Shown here one piece after another: positions 26,343-40,315 of a stretch of DNA of 64,000 bases. Under the pieces are notes generated by a model. That model worked only from the letters and a program-made list of their open reading frames with translations. It was not told the origin of the DNA and made no database searches. Position 1 is the stretch's first letter. Each line of letters opens with the position of its first letter. The DNA is from Octopus sinensis. Lineage: Eukaryota. Where the stretch lies: NCBI RefSeq assembly GCF_006345805.1, contig NC_043004.1, positions 186,001 to 250,000 of the forward strand. The letters run 5' to 3'. A program made the position numbers and the translations under genes.

Positions 26343-28277
26343 GCCATATATTTGGGTTTTTTTTTTTTTGTGTGTACTAGTGAATGTCTAATACATAAAA
26401 ATAAAAAATTTAAAAAAAAAAATTTTTTTTAATAAATAAATAAAAAATAAATAAATAAAAAGTTTGTTTTAAACCTTGGGATTACATAGAGAGTATTTTG
26501 CGTAGGATATGAGCAGTCCCCATGAGCACTATCTTTTGAATTTCTGCCATTTTGGGGTTTCCTGGTATCTGAGTTAGGTAGCAATCAGTCCCTTTCGCTA
26601 TCATTCCCAGGGCACCTATGACAACAGGTATTGTTTTAGTCTTCAGCTTCCACATTTTGCTGATTTCTATTTCAAGATCTTTATATTTGCTCAGTTTTTG
26701 GTAGGTCTTGACAGATACGTTTATATCGATGGGACAGTCATATCAATGAGGAGGCATGTTCTTTGTCTGAAGTCTTTCAATATGATATCTGGCCTATTTG
26801 CATCTATCTTCCTGTCAGTTTGAATGATGAAGTTCCAGAGGAGTGAGATGTGGTCATTTTCAAGCACTGGAGGTGGATTGTGTTCCCACCATTTTTTTTC
26901 ATGGGGCAAATCCAGGTTTTTGCAAATTACCCAGTGAATATATTGTGCAGCTCTATCATGCCTGTTGAGGTACTCTGTAGGCGCTAGAAGACTGCATTTG
27001 GAGACAACATGATCAATGGTTTCATTTTGTTGTCGGCATACACGACATGTTGGGCTACTGCCGTTCTTTAATATGTTGGCCTGGTAGTTTCTTGTTGGTA
27101 GGCATTGATCTTGAGCTGCTATGATAAACCCTCTGTTTCAGATTTTAAGTCAGAGGCCATTAGCCATTGATGGGTCAGGGCTTTGTCAATATCTGCATTA
27201 TTCGCTCTCTTTGGGTATTTACCATAGAGAGGTTTTTCTTGCCATTTATTATTCAGAATATCTAAGGCCGCAGTTCTGGCACGGGTTTTCATGCGCCTAG
27301 CTTTTTCTGTGCTTGTTTCTTGTATGTCTATCTCTAATTCCGAAATTGGTTGTATTCGGAATTCACTTAGATATTCTTTGCCTGTTTTGTGACTGAGTAT
27401 GATGCTTCTTGTTTTCATATTTTGAGACAAGTTTTAACATCCAGTCCTCAGAGTTTTTCAGGTAGGTGTCTAGGCCAATTGTAGCAATCTTCATTGTTAT
27501 TGCCAGTTGCAAAAGACCACGGCCTCCCTCTTTTCTTGGCAGATAAAGTCGTTCTGTATCTGCCTTAGGGTGGTGCATTCTATGCATTGTCAACAGTTTC
27601 CTTATTTTTCTATCGAGCTGACATATTTCAGTAATTCACCAGTTAACAATATTGAAACTGTTAGTCACGACTGGTATGGCTAATGCATTGATCGCTTCGA
27701 TCCTGTTTCTTGCATTCAGCTCTGTCTTGAGTATTGCTCTCACTCTTCGATAGCATTCTCTCCTGATCCTTTCCTTTATCTCTGAATGCCTTATTCCGTT
27801 CCCTTCAATTACCCCTGGGTACTTGTAGCTCTCCGCTGGGTCTAGTTCTTTTATGACATTCTGCTGGTCAAGGTTAACGTTAGATGTTTCTGTCATTTTT
27901 TCTTTGATAAAGGTAGCTTTTGCACATTTATCGAGGCCGAATTGCATTCTGATGTCGTCACTGAATTGTTTGACTATCGCTAGTAAGTCCTTGAGTTGTG
28001 GTCATTTTTTGCAAAAAGCTTTAAATCATCCATGTAAATGAGATGATTTATATTTTTATCAAACATTTTATACCCGTACTGCGCGTCATTGAGCAGCTTT
28101 GAGAGAGGTATTAAGGATAAACAAAAGAGGAGTGGTGACAGTGAGTCACCCTGGAAAATGCCACACGAAATTTTTACATCACCAGCATTTAGGGATTCAT
28201 TGTCACTGTTCAGAGTTATTGTGGTTCTCCATGATCTCATACTTACAGTCAAGAAGTTTCGCAGAGTAGGTGCTATC
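26343..28277 (-). mobile_element. 5'-truncated R4/Dong-type LINE (RT, CCHC knuckle, restriction-like endonuclease)
   Basis: GIFQGDSLSPLLF, HLIYMDDLKLF, CRVCRQQNETIDHVVSKC, RPDIILKDF...LIDMTVP; stop at 26482-26484; the 5' end abuts a (TAA)n array. Confidence 0.92.
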
Positions 28278-28279
28278 TA

Positions 28280-28282
<3 letters not shown>

Positions 28283-28337
<55 letters not shown>

Positions 28338-28342
28338 TATTA

Positions 28343-28381
<39 letters not shown>

Positions 28382-28389
28382 CATTATCA

Positions 28390-28428
<39 letters not shown>

Positions 28429-28430
28429 TA
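28283..28430. repeat. (TTA)n microsatellite
   Basis: Read directly; adjoins the R4/Dong element. Confidence 0.97.
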
Positions 28431-28817
28431 TACAAACAATAGCCGTACGACATGGTGAAGTATATTTGCCTCCTTAACATGACCATTTAACATCCTACTA
28501 CTATCATACCACCTGCACTCCTTTCTTATTCTCCCTTCACTTTCGCCTTCTTCTTCTGCGTCTTCTTCCTCTCCGCCACCTCCTTCCTAACTTTACCGCT
28601 ATTGCTGTTTAGAATAACACACGAAAATTTTATAAACAATACAGTCAAAAGAGATATCTCAAGAATTCAATCACTACTACCATCCACAAGTCACTTTCAG
28701 GGCACTTGACCATTTAACATCCTACTACTATCATGGCACTCCCGCATTCTTCTTCTTCTTCTCCACCTCCTCTTCCTCCTCTTTCTTCTTCTGCTTCTTC
28801 TTCTTCCTCTTCTGCTG

Positions 28818-28848
<31 letters not shown>

Positions 28849-28869
28849 CACTACTACTACTACTACTAC

Positions 28870-30060
28870 TACTAGTAGGGTGTTAAATGGTCAAGTAACC
28901 TAAAAGTCGCTCGTTATGGATTATAGCACTGATTAGGACTGTTTTTTAATGAATTCTTGGGAATCTCTTGAGTGTATCATTTTTAATATTTGCGTGTGTG
29001 TTTGTGTTATTCTAAGGCCGTGGATAAGCCGTTTGTTGCAGACGCGTTCAAAAGGGGTCTGTATTTTGTAATAAAGAGAGTCTCTTTACTAATTCGTTGG
29101 CTATAGGTTGTATCGTCCCTGAATTGGTAGAGGGGGAAAATTCTGAAGCTTGGATTTTTGTTATTGGCGCAAATGTCGATTTGTTGGCTACATGCTATTT
29201 TTCTGTTTTGAGAAAATTTTGATATGGGATCTGTGCAGAGCCATTCTTTTACGTAGACTATTTTTGCTTGGCCTATGTATTGCTCTTGACACCCAGATCA
29301 AGTTAGTGCGTATATCAGGTTCTCCGAAGCACATGTGAAGCTGCTTTTCACTGTGAACCGTTGTACCTGTTGGAAGGAGAACTCTGACCATTCAATCAAA
29401 TTGACGCATATCCCACAGTTGGGTCTTCCGCATTTTTTTACTGACGACTTCTGTGTTGTTGCTGAGCGTATTCGGGGTTGTTCGGGCTTGTGTTAGAAAA
29501 CTTTTCATAGATTTGGGTTGTCTCTTGCTTTTTAGGATGGTGTTTGTTTGGAGGATTAAGTCCATTCTGTCATATATATCACAGGCTTCTTTCAGTTTAT
29601 TGATAAAATAAAAAAATAACTTTTCCTGTTTTCTTTTCTTTCAGTGGGGTACGTTTTGCCATTTAGAGTTGCCCTCGTCACCTTCGCCACACATGTCCTA
29701 CCGGTCCGAAACGGAGAAAGGCCTATCTTGTGGTAGACGTTTTGTTGTTATTGCCCTTTTTGTTTTTATATAAGGATTTTGTATTGCCAATCCTGTCTTT
29801 GTTGTCTGTTATGTAGTAGCTTTTGAGGATGCTAATCTTGTTTTGTTTCTGTTGCTTTCAATGTGGTTGTTATAGGTGCTGCCTCCATTTTGTAATGAAC
29901 GCTGCAACAAGTGTTGCTTTGGATGCCCACTGTGGTAGGTTTTGGCGTTGTTGATGCTGTAGTCGTTGAGAGCAGAAGGCTGTGAGGTGATCGGTGTTTC
30001 CACAATTGTGGTACCTAAGGTTCCTAAACTTCGCCTGTTTTTTAGGTTTTGTTTATTTTT
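28870..30060 (-). mobile_element. Penelope-like element remnant (Neptune-type Cys-rich linker plus GIY-YIG endonuclease)
   Basis: Minus strand: ILKSKRQPKSMK, KKCGRPNCGICVNL, TCASENLIYALT*SGCQEQYIGQ, SLRKRMALHRSHI, RISKETLFITKYRP; broken by stops and frameshifts; degenerate HHR at 29646-29685. Confidence 0.85.
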
Positions 30061-30267
30061 TTGCCCCCCTCCCCACACACACACCCCCAATGAGACTAAA
30101 TCAAATATTTTAGCAATACAGGCAAATGATGCGCTTTTTGCGCATTTCTGTTGCCGTCGTTGCTGATATTGTTGCTGTTGTCATTGTTTATTACATGAGG
30201 CAGTCTCGGTAGCAAGGACTGCTTTTCTCCTGTTGGTAATTTTGTTGAGACGGTAGTAATTTAGTTT

Positions 30268-30278
30268 TGCTAGTAGTT

Positions 30279-30337
<59 letters not shown>

Positions 30338-30552
30338 GGTTGTGGTGGTGGTAGCAGAAGAAGAAAAAGGAGTAGTAGTAGTAATAGTAGTAGTAGTAGT
30401 AGTAGGAGGAGGAGGAGGAGGAGGAGAGAAGAAGAAGAGAAGAAGAAGAGAAGAAGAAGAAGAAGAGAAGAAGAAGAAGAAGAAGAAGAAGAAGAAGAAG
30501 AAGAAGAAGAAGAAGAAGAAGAAGAAGAAGAAGAAGAAGAAGAAGAAGAAGA
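30268..30552. repeat. (GTA)n/(GGA)n/(GAA)n microsatellite
   Basis: Read directly. Confidence 0.97.
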
Positions 30553-30682
30553 ATGGTTTCTAATTTAAAAGCAAAGGGAAAAATTGAGGGTAAGGATTAT
30601 TCAATACCACTGATCCAAGTACTTGACCGGGACCCTGATTTTTCGACCTCGGAAGGAGATGAAAGGCAAAATTAACCACGGC

Positions 30683-30731
<49 letters not shown>

Positions 30732-30740
30732 TAATAATAA

Positions 30741-30932
30741 TCTTTTCTACTGGAGGCACAAGGCTTCAAATTTGTGGAGTGGGGGCTAATCGATTATATT
30801 GACATCAGTGTTTCACAGTTACTTAACTTATCGACCCCGAAAGAATGAAAGGCAAAGTCGACGTCGGTGGAATTCGAACTCAAAACGTAAAGACGGACAA
30901 AATGCTACTAAGCATTTTGCCCGTCGTGCTAA
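30741..30932 (-). mobile_element. tRNA-derived SINE (GTCGACTTTGCCTTTCAT family)
   Basis: Same family as 35425-35600, 37765-37925, 44038-44280 and 56205-56415; (TTA)n tail. Confidence 0.75.
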
Positions 30933-32422
30933 CGATGATGATGATGATGATTACGACGACGACGGCGATGATGATGAGGATGGTGGTTGTGATGGTGATG
31001 ATGATGATGATGAGATGATGATGATTACGACGACGACGACGACGATGATGATGATGATGGTGGTGATGATGGTGGTAGTGGTGGTGATGATGATGATGGT
31101 GGGGTGGGGCTAGTGGTGGTGGTGATGATGCTGCTGCTGCTGCTGATGAGAACGAAAAGAAAAAGAAAGTGAAAGAGAGAGAGATCGCGCGGAAGAAACT
31201 CCCCCACAGTCAAAGACGTGCAGTCAGTCAGACTGACAAACAGACAGCAATTTAGAATCGAGTTTGAAGTCAGCCTGTTGTTGACTTCTTTCTATTCATT
31301 TTCACTCACCCCCCCCCCCCATCCTCCATACATCCTACCCCACCCCATTCTTCCCTATCCTCTCCCCACCCACCCCCATTACGATATTAACTTGCAGGTC
31401 TCGAGATTTACCCATGAAAATGTGGAGAGTCGAATTTCATGCGGTGCTAAAGTCTCAGATTTCACTATCGTTGGCACTGCGATGCTTGGTATTTGAGATT
31501 GCAGGAGGTGCCAATGAACTAATGATGGTTGGATTTGAATGAATATATATATATATATATATATATGAAGAAAGAAGCGAAGGAGAAAAAGAAAGGAAGA
31601 AAGGGGAGGGAAGGAGGAAGAAAGAAAGAAAGAAAGATTGAAAGAAAGATTGAAAGAAAGAAAGAAAGAAAGAAGAAGGGAAGAAGGGAAGAAGGGAAGA
31701 AAGGAAGGAAGGAAGGAGAGAAAGAAGGGAAGAAGGGAAGGAAGGAAGGAAAAGAAAGGAAGGCGAGAAAAGATAGAATGAAAGGAACGAAGAAAGAAAC
31801 AAACGAACACAAACAAACAAACAATGAAGTAATGAAAGAAAGCGAGATGGAAAAATGAAAAGATGTAAAGAAAAGATTTGAAAGAAGAAAACGCCGTAAT
31901 ATTGTTTTAAATAATCTCGTGGAAGTCCAATAAGTGTTATTGCACTTTTACTGTTTGGGTTGAATAATCTAACGCCTCGGTTCCTCGCCCTTCGTCTAAG
32001 CGAGGAAGAGATAGCAAGTGGTATGGTCACATTATTGCTTTACAATATAATTGCAAACAATAACGCCATTACTTAATACGGATGCTTAACGGAGCCAGTC
32101 ACCGGTTCACTACATCTATGATGGTGGCGGTGACAGGATCGGAGGGAGGGTGAAACTGTAGGTTTGGTTCGATGAACACAATTCTTTTGTATATTTCTTT
32201 TAGTTGAATTGTAGTGGCGTAAACGAAAATAGCAAGCGTGTGAGTATATATGTGTGTGTGTTTTTATGCATATGTTAATAGTATACGTGTACGTATGATT
32301 GTTAAAGCGATATGGCTTGTGCATATTTGAATGTTTGAAAAAGCGGTTAAAGGAAAGAAAGTTGAGAATTATCGTGGCTAGAAGGTTCAAAGAAAGAATA
32401 TATCTTCCTCTTCTTTTTTCAG

Positions 32423-32514
32423 GACGGGAAGTCGGGATTCGGTATGCAAAACAAAATCGAAAATGAAAAGATGCCGAGCAGCATGGTCCGATGAGTGCAA
32501 GTGACAAACGACAG
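32423..32514 (+). CDS. Candidate 92-bp exon, possibly 5' UTR plus first coding bases (ATG 32491, MSASDKRQ)
   Basis: Strong acceptor tcttcctcttcttttttcag and donor CAG|gtgagc; all three frames contain a stop, so it is at most partly coding. Confidence 0.35.
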
Positions 32515-33957
32515 GTGAGCTGTTATCATGTTAGGCATCATGTCGGATATCTCAGGTGGTCCGTAAATATAACCTGTGACTATTTGATCTAACGTAAGCT
32601 GATCTGCATAATATGAGATTCTTGGAGGTACAGAAGTAAAGGAACGAGATATGGAAAGACTGATTTCGGACAAATAGCTAACAAACAGGTTGACATAGTT
32701 GAGGGACATTCTACTTCCAGCAGTCAGCAGCTGATACATATTCATAGATCTCACCGGTAAATATAAAGCTGTGAGGATGAGGATGAGGATGAGCTTGGCA
32801 AGGCGGAGAAGAATGGATGAATTTATACAGAAATATTTTCCGGATTTTCATTTCTGATTTCTCTGGATTACCACTTTTGACTAAATTGAATCTATTTAGC
32901 AATAATACAAACAAAACCGACTGGATGAGCTTTAAAGTGAAACAACCCCATAGCTTGTCTCAATACGTGAGCATCAGCATAAAAATAATGCAACTTGATT
33001 GGTTGTCGACTTTGGAATACGAGTTCATTCTCCACTGCAGTTTAGTTGTGAATCTCCTAAAGATAGTTCCATGGAATCGTTTTAGCTTACAATTTCTCTT
33101 CAACTGAAGTTAAGGCTTTCGTAATCCATTACTAATACAGCGCTGTTTCCATCGCCATTACACATAAATACCCTTGTCACATCTCATCCGCCTCTGATTT
33201 GATACCAAAGGATGCTTCTCGAACAAAACAAAATACAACTTTCATTGAAAAAGTTATTTCTAGTAGACAGCAACAACAATATCATATTTGCTTCTGCAAC
33301 GAATTTACATACTAACAGCGAATGATATAAACTGTTCTGTCGAATAAAGACATTCTACCTGCTGGGTTTATTGCTATGTATATGACATTTGTCTCACATT
33401 CTATGTACGAGATAATTTGCTTCGAGATAGCTCTATAAAGATAGACGTTGCACCACTATATTCTATGTTCCACGTACTTTTGTGAGCAAAGAGAAACTCT
33501 AAATATTCGAAAATCTGTTTAAGTAATGAACTCTGAGACAACTTCTCATGAGTTATCTTCGCGTGATGTCACATAAGAAAGAGAACCACATAAATTTACG
33601 AGAAACTTAACGAGATATTTACGAGAAAGCTAACGAGAGCCTCCATAAGAAAGACAACGATGAAAGCAGCTGGAAAAATTAGTTTATTAACGCTCAGAAG
33701 AAACCGATATAAACCATAATTTTTTGTAGAAGAAACAAAACGTTTAGAAATGCAGAGAGAAAAGAGAATTCGCTCAGCTGACATTTACTTTTGCTAGTCT
33801 TGGTTTTAACTCGTTTTCTGCAATCATCTTAGGATCAGCCCAGAGAGAGCGTTTTCGTATATGTGTATGTTATGTGTGTGTGTGTGTGGTGTGTGTGTGT
33901 GTGTGTGTATTATATTATATTATATAGATAGATCGATAGATAGATAGACAGACAATT

Positions 33958-33988
<31 letters not shown>

Positions 33989-33997
33989 TAGATAGAT

Positions 33998-34071
<74 letters not shown>

Positions 34072-34150
34072 GTCCGTATATGTATATATGTATATATAGA
34101 TATACTTTCAAAACGCGGAGTAGATAAAACAGGGAGAGAGAGAGAGAGAG

Positions 34151-34197
<47 letters not shown>

Positions 34198-35424
34198 GAA
34201 CGAGATTCAGAGAGCATTAAAATAAGGGAAGCAAGAGGAGTGCTATAATTTCCTGAAAAATACACATTTTTGAAAGAAATTTTACAGAGATAAGATTTCG
34301 ATAGATTAGTTTGCGGTTATGTTGAGAAATTTAGAAAAATAATAACATAATAAATGAAAAAAAGTGTCTTAACTAATTTTATTTCAAAATAAATAATACT
34401 CTCTTAAAAATTAGTATTCAATCCACCACTTTATATAAGCAGCAAGAAAGTTGATAAAAGGTAAATTCCGATTATTGTACGCATGCGCGCTTGAGTGAAA
34501 ACAGGATATTGTAATCACTCCTCTTTGTTTGCGCATTTGCAAAATTATTGGAAAACGGCTGAACGGATTTTCACCAAATTTAGCAGAAATACTCATTGGG
34601 TGAGTGGCTCGAAATGATGAACATTTGGTTTATTTCCAAACATACATAAATACATACATAGATATGTGACTCTGTATTATATTGTGTGCGTGTGTGTGTA
34701 TGAATGCGCGCGCGTGTGTGTGTGTGTGTGTGTACAATGATGGATCCGAGGGTTTCTTTTATTTACGAATTGATTTCTTAATTTCACCAGAGTATAAATA
34801 CCTATAATGGTGAAACACTTCTCAAATTCTATGCAATATTTTCTATAAGTATTTCATTTTGTTCACTTTCTTTTTCATATGAATCGACCCTCGTCTGCGT
34901 GTGTATTGATCATGGTATGCCAATGCGTGTAGACATAGATACATCCATCCATACATACATACATACATACATACATACATACATACATAGACATGCGACT
35001 CAGTGTGTGTGTCTAAAGTGATGGATTCGAGTGTTTTGTTTATTTATGAGTTGATTTCTTGATTTCACTAGAATATAAGTACCTATAATGGCGATACTTA
35101 TAAAGAAGTTAATTCAGTTCAATAAAAAAGCAACGCATTGTTAGCCACATAAAATCTGCGGTAAAAGTTTATCTTCAAGCAGGGTAAGCATCGCCCCTCT
35201 GCTGCTTTTTTTTTTTCATTCTTTATGTTACCCAAGATATCAAAAGTATATTTCTAAAGTGACCAATCATTTAGTAGATTTATAATAGGAGATTTTCAAA
35301 ATTAAAAAGAAAATTAAATTTCATTCACATTTTTCTTGGCAAAATATTATTTTTTCCAAAAAATAAAATATAGATTTATACTATAAAATGTTCTATAACC
35401 AAAAGTAAAAAATTGAATTCTAAT

Positions 35425-35600
35425 AATGGATTTAGGCCCGAAATTTTGGGGGATGGGTCCAGTTGATTAAATCGACTCCAGTACGCAACTGGTACTTAAT
35501 TTACCGACCCCGAAAAGATGAAAGACAAAGTCGACGGCGGAATTTGAACTCAGAACGAAATAACGCTAAGCTTGTTAACGATTCCGCCAGCTCGCCGCCT
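35425..35600 (-). mobile_element. tRNA-derived SINE
   Basis: Contains GACAAAGTCGACGGCGGAATTTGAACTCAGAAC (reverse B-box), shared with other copies. Confidence 0.7.
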
Positions 35601-37054
35601 TCAACTTTATATAGACTCCCAAGTCATATGGAGCTCCGTTTAGAAACACTGGACTAAACTTTTGAAGGTAGTGCCCCAGCATGGCCGCTGACCAATGACT
35701 GAAACAAGTAAAAGATAAAATATTATCATTTATATTAAATTTAATTCTCATAATTAAAAAAAATATAATAAATTTTCTATGTTTCTTAAGCAGTGTCTGT
35801 GATAAGGTGAAACAGCATTTCTCATTGAAAACCCGCTCTCAGGTAACGAAAGTGTAATGAAAGGTCTGAGCAAGGTGTGGTGGGCAGATAAAGATCCGGC
35901 TGGAATTTTTCCCGATACTCTTTGAAGCTAACGTTAAAGAGTGTGTCTCCTTGTTCGGTGGTCACGTAGGTAAACTGGACGTCCCCGACACCTCCAGTGC
36001 AACCACCACAGTCTGGCTGCTTGGCTGTCTGAGGGGCAGAGGAAATAGTCTAGCTAGCAGTTGTTTGGATTACCATTATGGCTACTGTTCTACAGTGTAC
36101 CGAGGGATTAGGGGCAGAGAAACAGCTCCCTCAAGCACACACGCTCACTCACTCACTTTCTCTCAATCTCACTCTGTTTCTCTTTCTCTCTCTCTCTCTC
36201 TCCCCTCTCTCTCTCTCTCTCCCTCCTCTCTCTCTCTCTCTCTCCCTCTCTCTCTGTTTGCTTTCCGTTCCGTTACTTTCTATTTATCTTTCTCTTGCTC
36301 TCTCTCCTGTTTCTCTCTATCTTCCTCTATAAATATATTTCTGTAACTGGAGACTTCTCTCTCTCACTTTCTCTTCCTCTCTTTTCCTCTCTCTCTCTCT
36401 CCCTCTTCCCCCTCTCTCTCTTTCTCTCGCTATCTGTATGGATACGTGGTGTGTTTGTGTGTTCTCTCTTTCTCTTTTCCTTTCTTAAATTTTGTTCATT
36501 CACAATAATTATGAGACACAATTTAACCAGAGAAAGTTTCATCTAACACACTCTCTCTTCCCTTCAATTTCTCGGTTTATTACCCTTCCTTTCTTCCTCC
36601 ATTTCTCTCTCTCTACCTATCTATCTACCTATCTATCTATCTATCTATCTACCTCTTTCACTCCAAGAAATAAGCACGACTGAAGCGCCCTCTCTTCTAA
36701 ATAATGGTCGTTTGCGGTATTAACATCCACATTCATTTCTATTAGTTCGAGTGTTGCAAGTCTGGGGTCCTTTTAAAACAGACCTTACTTTTTCCTTGTC
36801 TTGTTTTTATTTATATTTATCTGTGTGTTTTCCTTCATTTTTGCATCATTATTTTTTTCTTGCGTTTTCTTTTTTCTTTTTTCGCACTATGGGGCCACAG
36901 TCAACAAGGAGCAAGTCGATGTGACATATAGTTGTGCGCCTGGATTAGAGACCAATAAATAAAGGGTACCAGAAACAGAAAAAAGGAGCCTGTTGTTGAC
37001 ATTACTTGTGTAAGTAGACACTGATGTGCATACGGAGGTGTATGTCTACAGACT

Positions 37055-37125
<71 letters not shown>

Positions 37126-37182
37126 GCATATATGTATACATGCATATATACATTCATATACGTGTGTGTGTGTGTGTGTGTA

Positions 37183-37515
37183 TATCTATGCTGAGACCCC
37201 CTTCGGTCATGACTGACCATGGGATTGCACCTAGAAAGTTACTCTCCCAGGCACAAGTCCGGGCAAGGTTGTTTATGGAAGACCATGCATATCGGCCTCC
37301 TGTCTCCACAGCACCAGTGTTATCCGGCGGAAAGGCAAAGGGGCCGATACAGCTTGGCACTTGTGACGTCGCAACTCATTTCTACAGCTGAGTGAACTGG
37401 AGCAACGTGAAATAAAGTTTCTTGCTCAAGAACACAGCACGCAGCCCGGTCCGGGATTCGAACTCACACCGCACGATCGTAAGCTCGACGCTCTAACCAT
37501 GAGCCATGCGACTTT
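37183..37515 (-). mobile_element. tRNA-head plus CORE-like SINE with RTE-like tail
   Basis: Head and CORE as at 15648; tail shared with 13165-13340. Confidence 0.8.
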
Positions 37516-37527
37516 ACTGTATATATA

Positions 37528-37587
<60 letters not shown>

Positions 37588-37614
37588 ATATATATTATAT
37601 ATATATATATATAT

Positions 37615-37673
<59 letters not shown>

Positions 37674-39084
37674 TAATAATAATAATAATAATATTAGGGA
37701 GTATAACTCCAAACTTACAGGGATAAATTCAATTTAGTATTAAATCAAATTTCACAATATTGGGGGATGAGTCCAGTCGATTAAATCGATCCCAGTACGC
37801 AACTGGTATTTAATTAATCGACCCCGAAAAGATGAAAGACAAAGTCGACCTCGGCGGAATTTGAACTCAGAACGTAAAGAGAAACGAAATAACGCTAAGC
37901 ATTGTTAACGATTCTCGCCGCCTTCAACTTTATATAGACTCCCAAATCATATGGAACTTCGTTTAGAAACACTGGACTAAACTTTTGAAGGCAGTGCTCC
38001 AGCATGGTCGCTGCCCAATATGCATATAATAAATATAAATTAGAGCAAAACCACTATTATGTAATTCAAACAATGATAGACATAAACCATATCATATAGA
38101 AAAAAATTAAATATATTATAAAAACATATTTAGATCACAAAAATTACGAAATAATAAAGAAACATTATATAATAAGTAAAAAGACTATAACTTCAATTCG
38201 AATTACAATTAAATTTTATTTTAATGAAACCTCGGTCAGCAATAATAACAATAATAGGTAAATAAATACATTTTTTAATAAATAATGAAATAGAATTAAA
38301 CATATTCTTAAAGAAATAAAAACATGATTCTTCTTATAGAAGAAACTCCGTTAACTAAATTTGAAACTTAAAAAGTAGGACCAGGTATCTATAATACATT
38401 TATCATGTTAAAAACCTAAGGTAAAAAAATTGAGTAAATAGATAGAAAAATGTATTTTATCTGTGAAGATATATTTTACCTTTGAGAATAATTTTAACAA
38501 ACTATAGTATATCTTTACTGGAAAATATTTTCCAATAAAGAAAGTGGTGGTGATCCCAGAACGAAGGTGCGCGTGCGTATGTATGTGAGAGCGTTATGTG
38601 CATGTGGTTGGGGATATGCTTATATACACTTAGGTATCCATACGCATATAAGTACAGGTATATGTGCATGTACATGTGTGTGTGTGTGTGTGTATATGCG
38701 TGTGTGTGTGTGTGTCTGTATGCGTGTGGTGTGTGTGTGTGTGTGTATCTATGCTGAGACCCCCTTCGGTCATGACTGACCATGGGATTGCACCTAGAAA
38801 GTTACTCTCCCAGGCACAAGTCCGGGCAAGGTTTTTATGGAAACCATGCATATCGGCCTCCTGTCTCCACAGCACCAGTGTTATCCGGCGGAAAGGCAAA
38901 GGGGCCGATACAGCTTGGCACTTGTGACGTCGCAACTCATTTCTACAACAGCTGAGTGAACTGGAGCAACGTGAAATAAAGTTTCTTGCTCAGAACACAG
39001 CACGCAGCCCGGTCCGGGATTCGAACTCACAACCGCACGATCGTAAGCTCGACGCTCTAACCACTGAGCCATGCGACTTTACTG

Positions 39085-39153
<69 letters not shown>

Positions 39154-39190
39154 TATATATATATATATATATATTATATTATATATATAT

Positions 39191-39236
<46 letters not shown>

Positions 39237-40315
39237 ATATATAATAATAATAATTAATAATATTAGGGAGTATAACTCCAAACTTACAGGGATAAATTCA
39301 ATTTAGTATTAAATCAATTTCACAATATTGGGGGATGAGTCCAGTCGATTAAATCGATCCCAGTACGCAACTGGTATTTAATTAATCGACCCCGAAAAGA
39401 TGAAAGACAAAGTCGACCTCGGCGGAATTTGAACTCAGAACGTAAAGAGAAACGAAATAACGCTAAGCATTGTAACGATTCTCGCCGCCCTCAACTTTAT
39501 ATAGACTCCCAAATCATATGGAACTTCGTTTAGAAACACTGGACTAAACTTTTGAAGGCAGTGCTCCAGCATGGTCGCTGCCCAATATGCATATAATAAA
39601 TATAAATTAGAGCAAAACCACTATTATGTAATTCAAACAATGATAGACATAAACCATATCATATAGAAAAAAATTAAATATATTATAAAACATATATTTA
39701 GATCACAAAAATTACGAAATAATAAAGAAACATTATATAATAAGTAAAAAGACTATAACTTCAATTCGAATTACAATTAAATTTTATTTTAATGAAACCT
39801 CGGGTCAGCAATAATAACAATAATAGTTAAATAAATACATATTTTTAATAAATAATGAAATAGAATTAAACAATATTTCTTAAAGAAATAAAAACATGAT
39901 TCTTCTTATAGAAGAAACTCCGTTAACTAAATTTGAAACTTAAAAAGTAGGACCAGGTATCTATAATACATTTATCATGTTAAAAACCTAAGGTAAAAAA
40001 ATTGAGTAAATAGATAGAAAAATGTATTTTATCTGTGAAGATATATTTTACCTTTGAGAATAATTTTAACAAACTATAGTATATCTTTACTGGAAAATAT
40101 TTTCCAATAAAGAAAGTGGTGGTGATCCCAGAACGAAGGTGCGCGTGCGTATGTATGTGAGAGCGTTATGTGCATGTGGTTGGGGATATGCTTATATACA
40201 CTTAGGTATCCATACGCATATAAGTACAGGTATATGTGCATGTACATGTGTGTGTGTGTGTGTGTATATGCGTGTGTGTGTGTGTGTCTGTATTGTGGTG
40301 TGTGTGTGTGTGTGT
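37188..40315 (+). repeat. Tandem duplication, period about 1563 bp
   Basis: ATGCTGAGACCCCC at 37188 and 38751; the units are colinear (SINE, TA tract, SINE, AT-rich repeat); breakpoints lie in (TG)n. Confidence 0.93.

Noticed and set aside
34470-34640. Helentron-like internal fragment
   Set aside because: Similar in wording to 59124, but the termini could not be identified.
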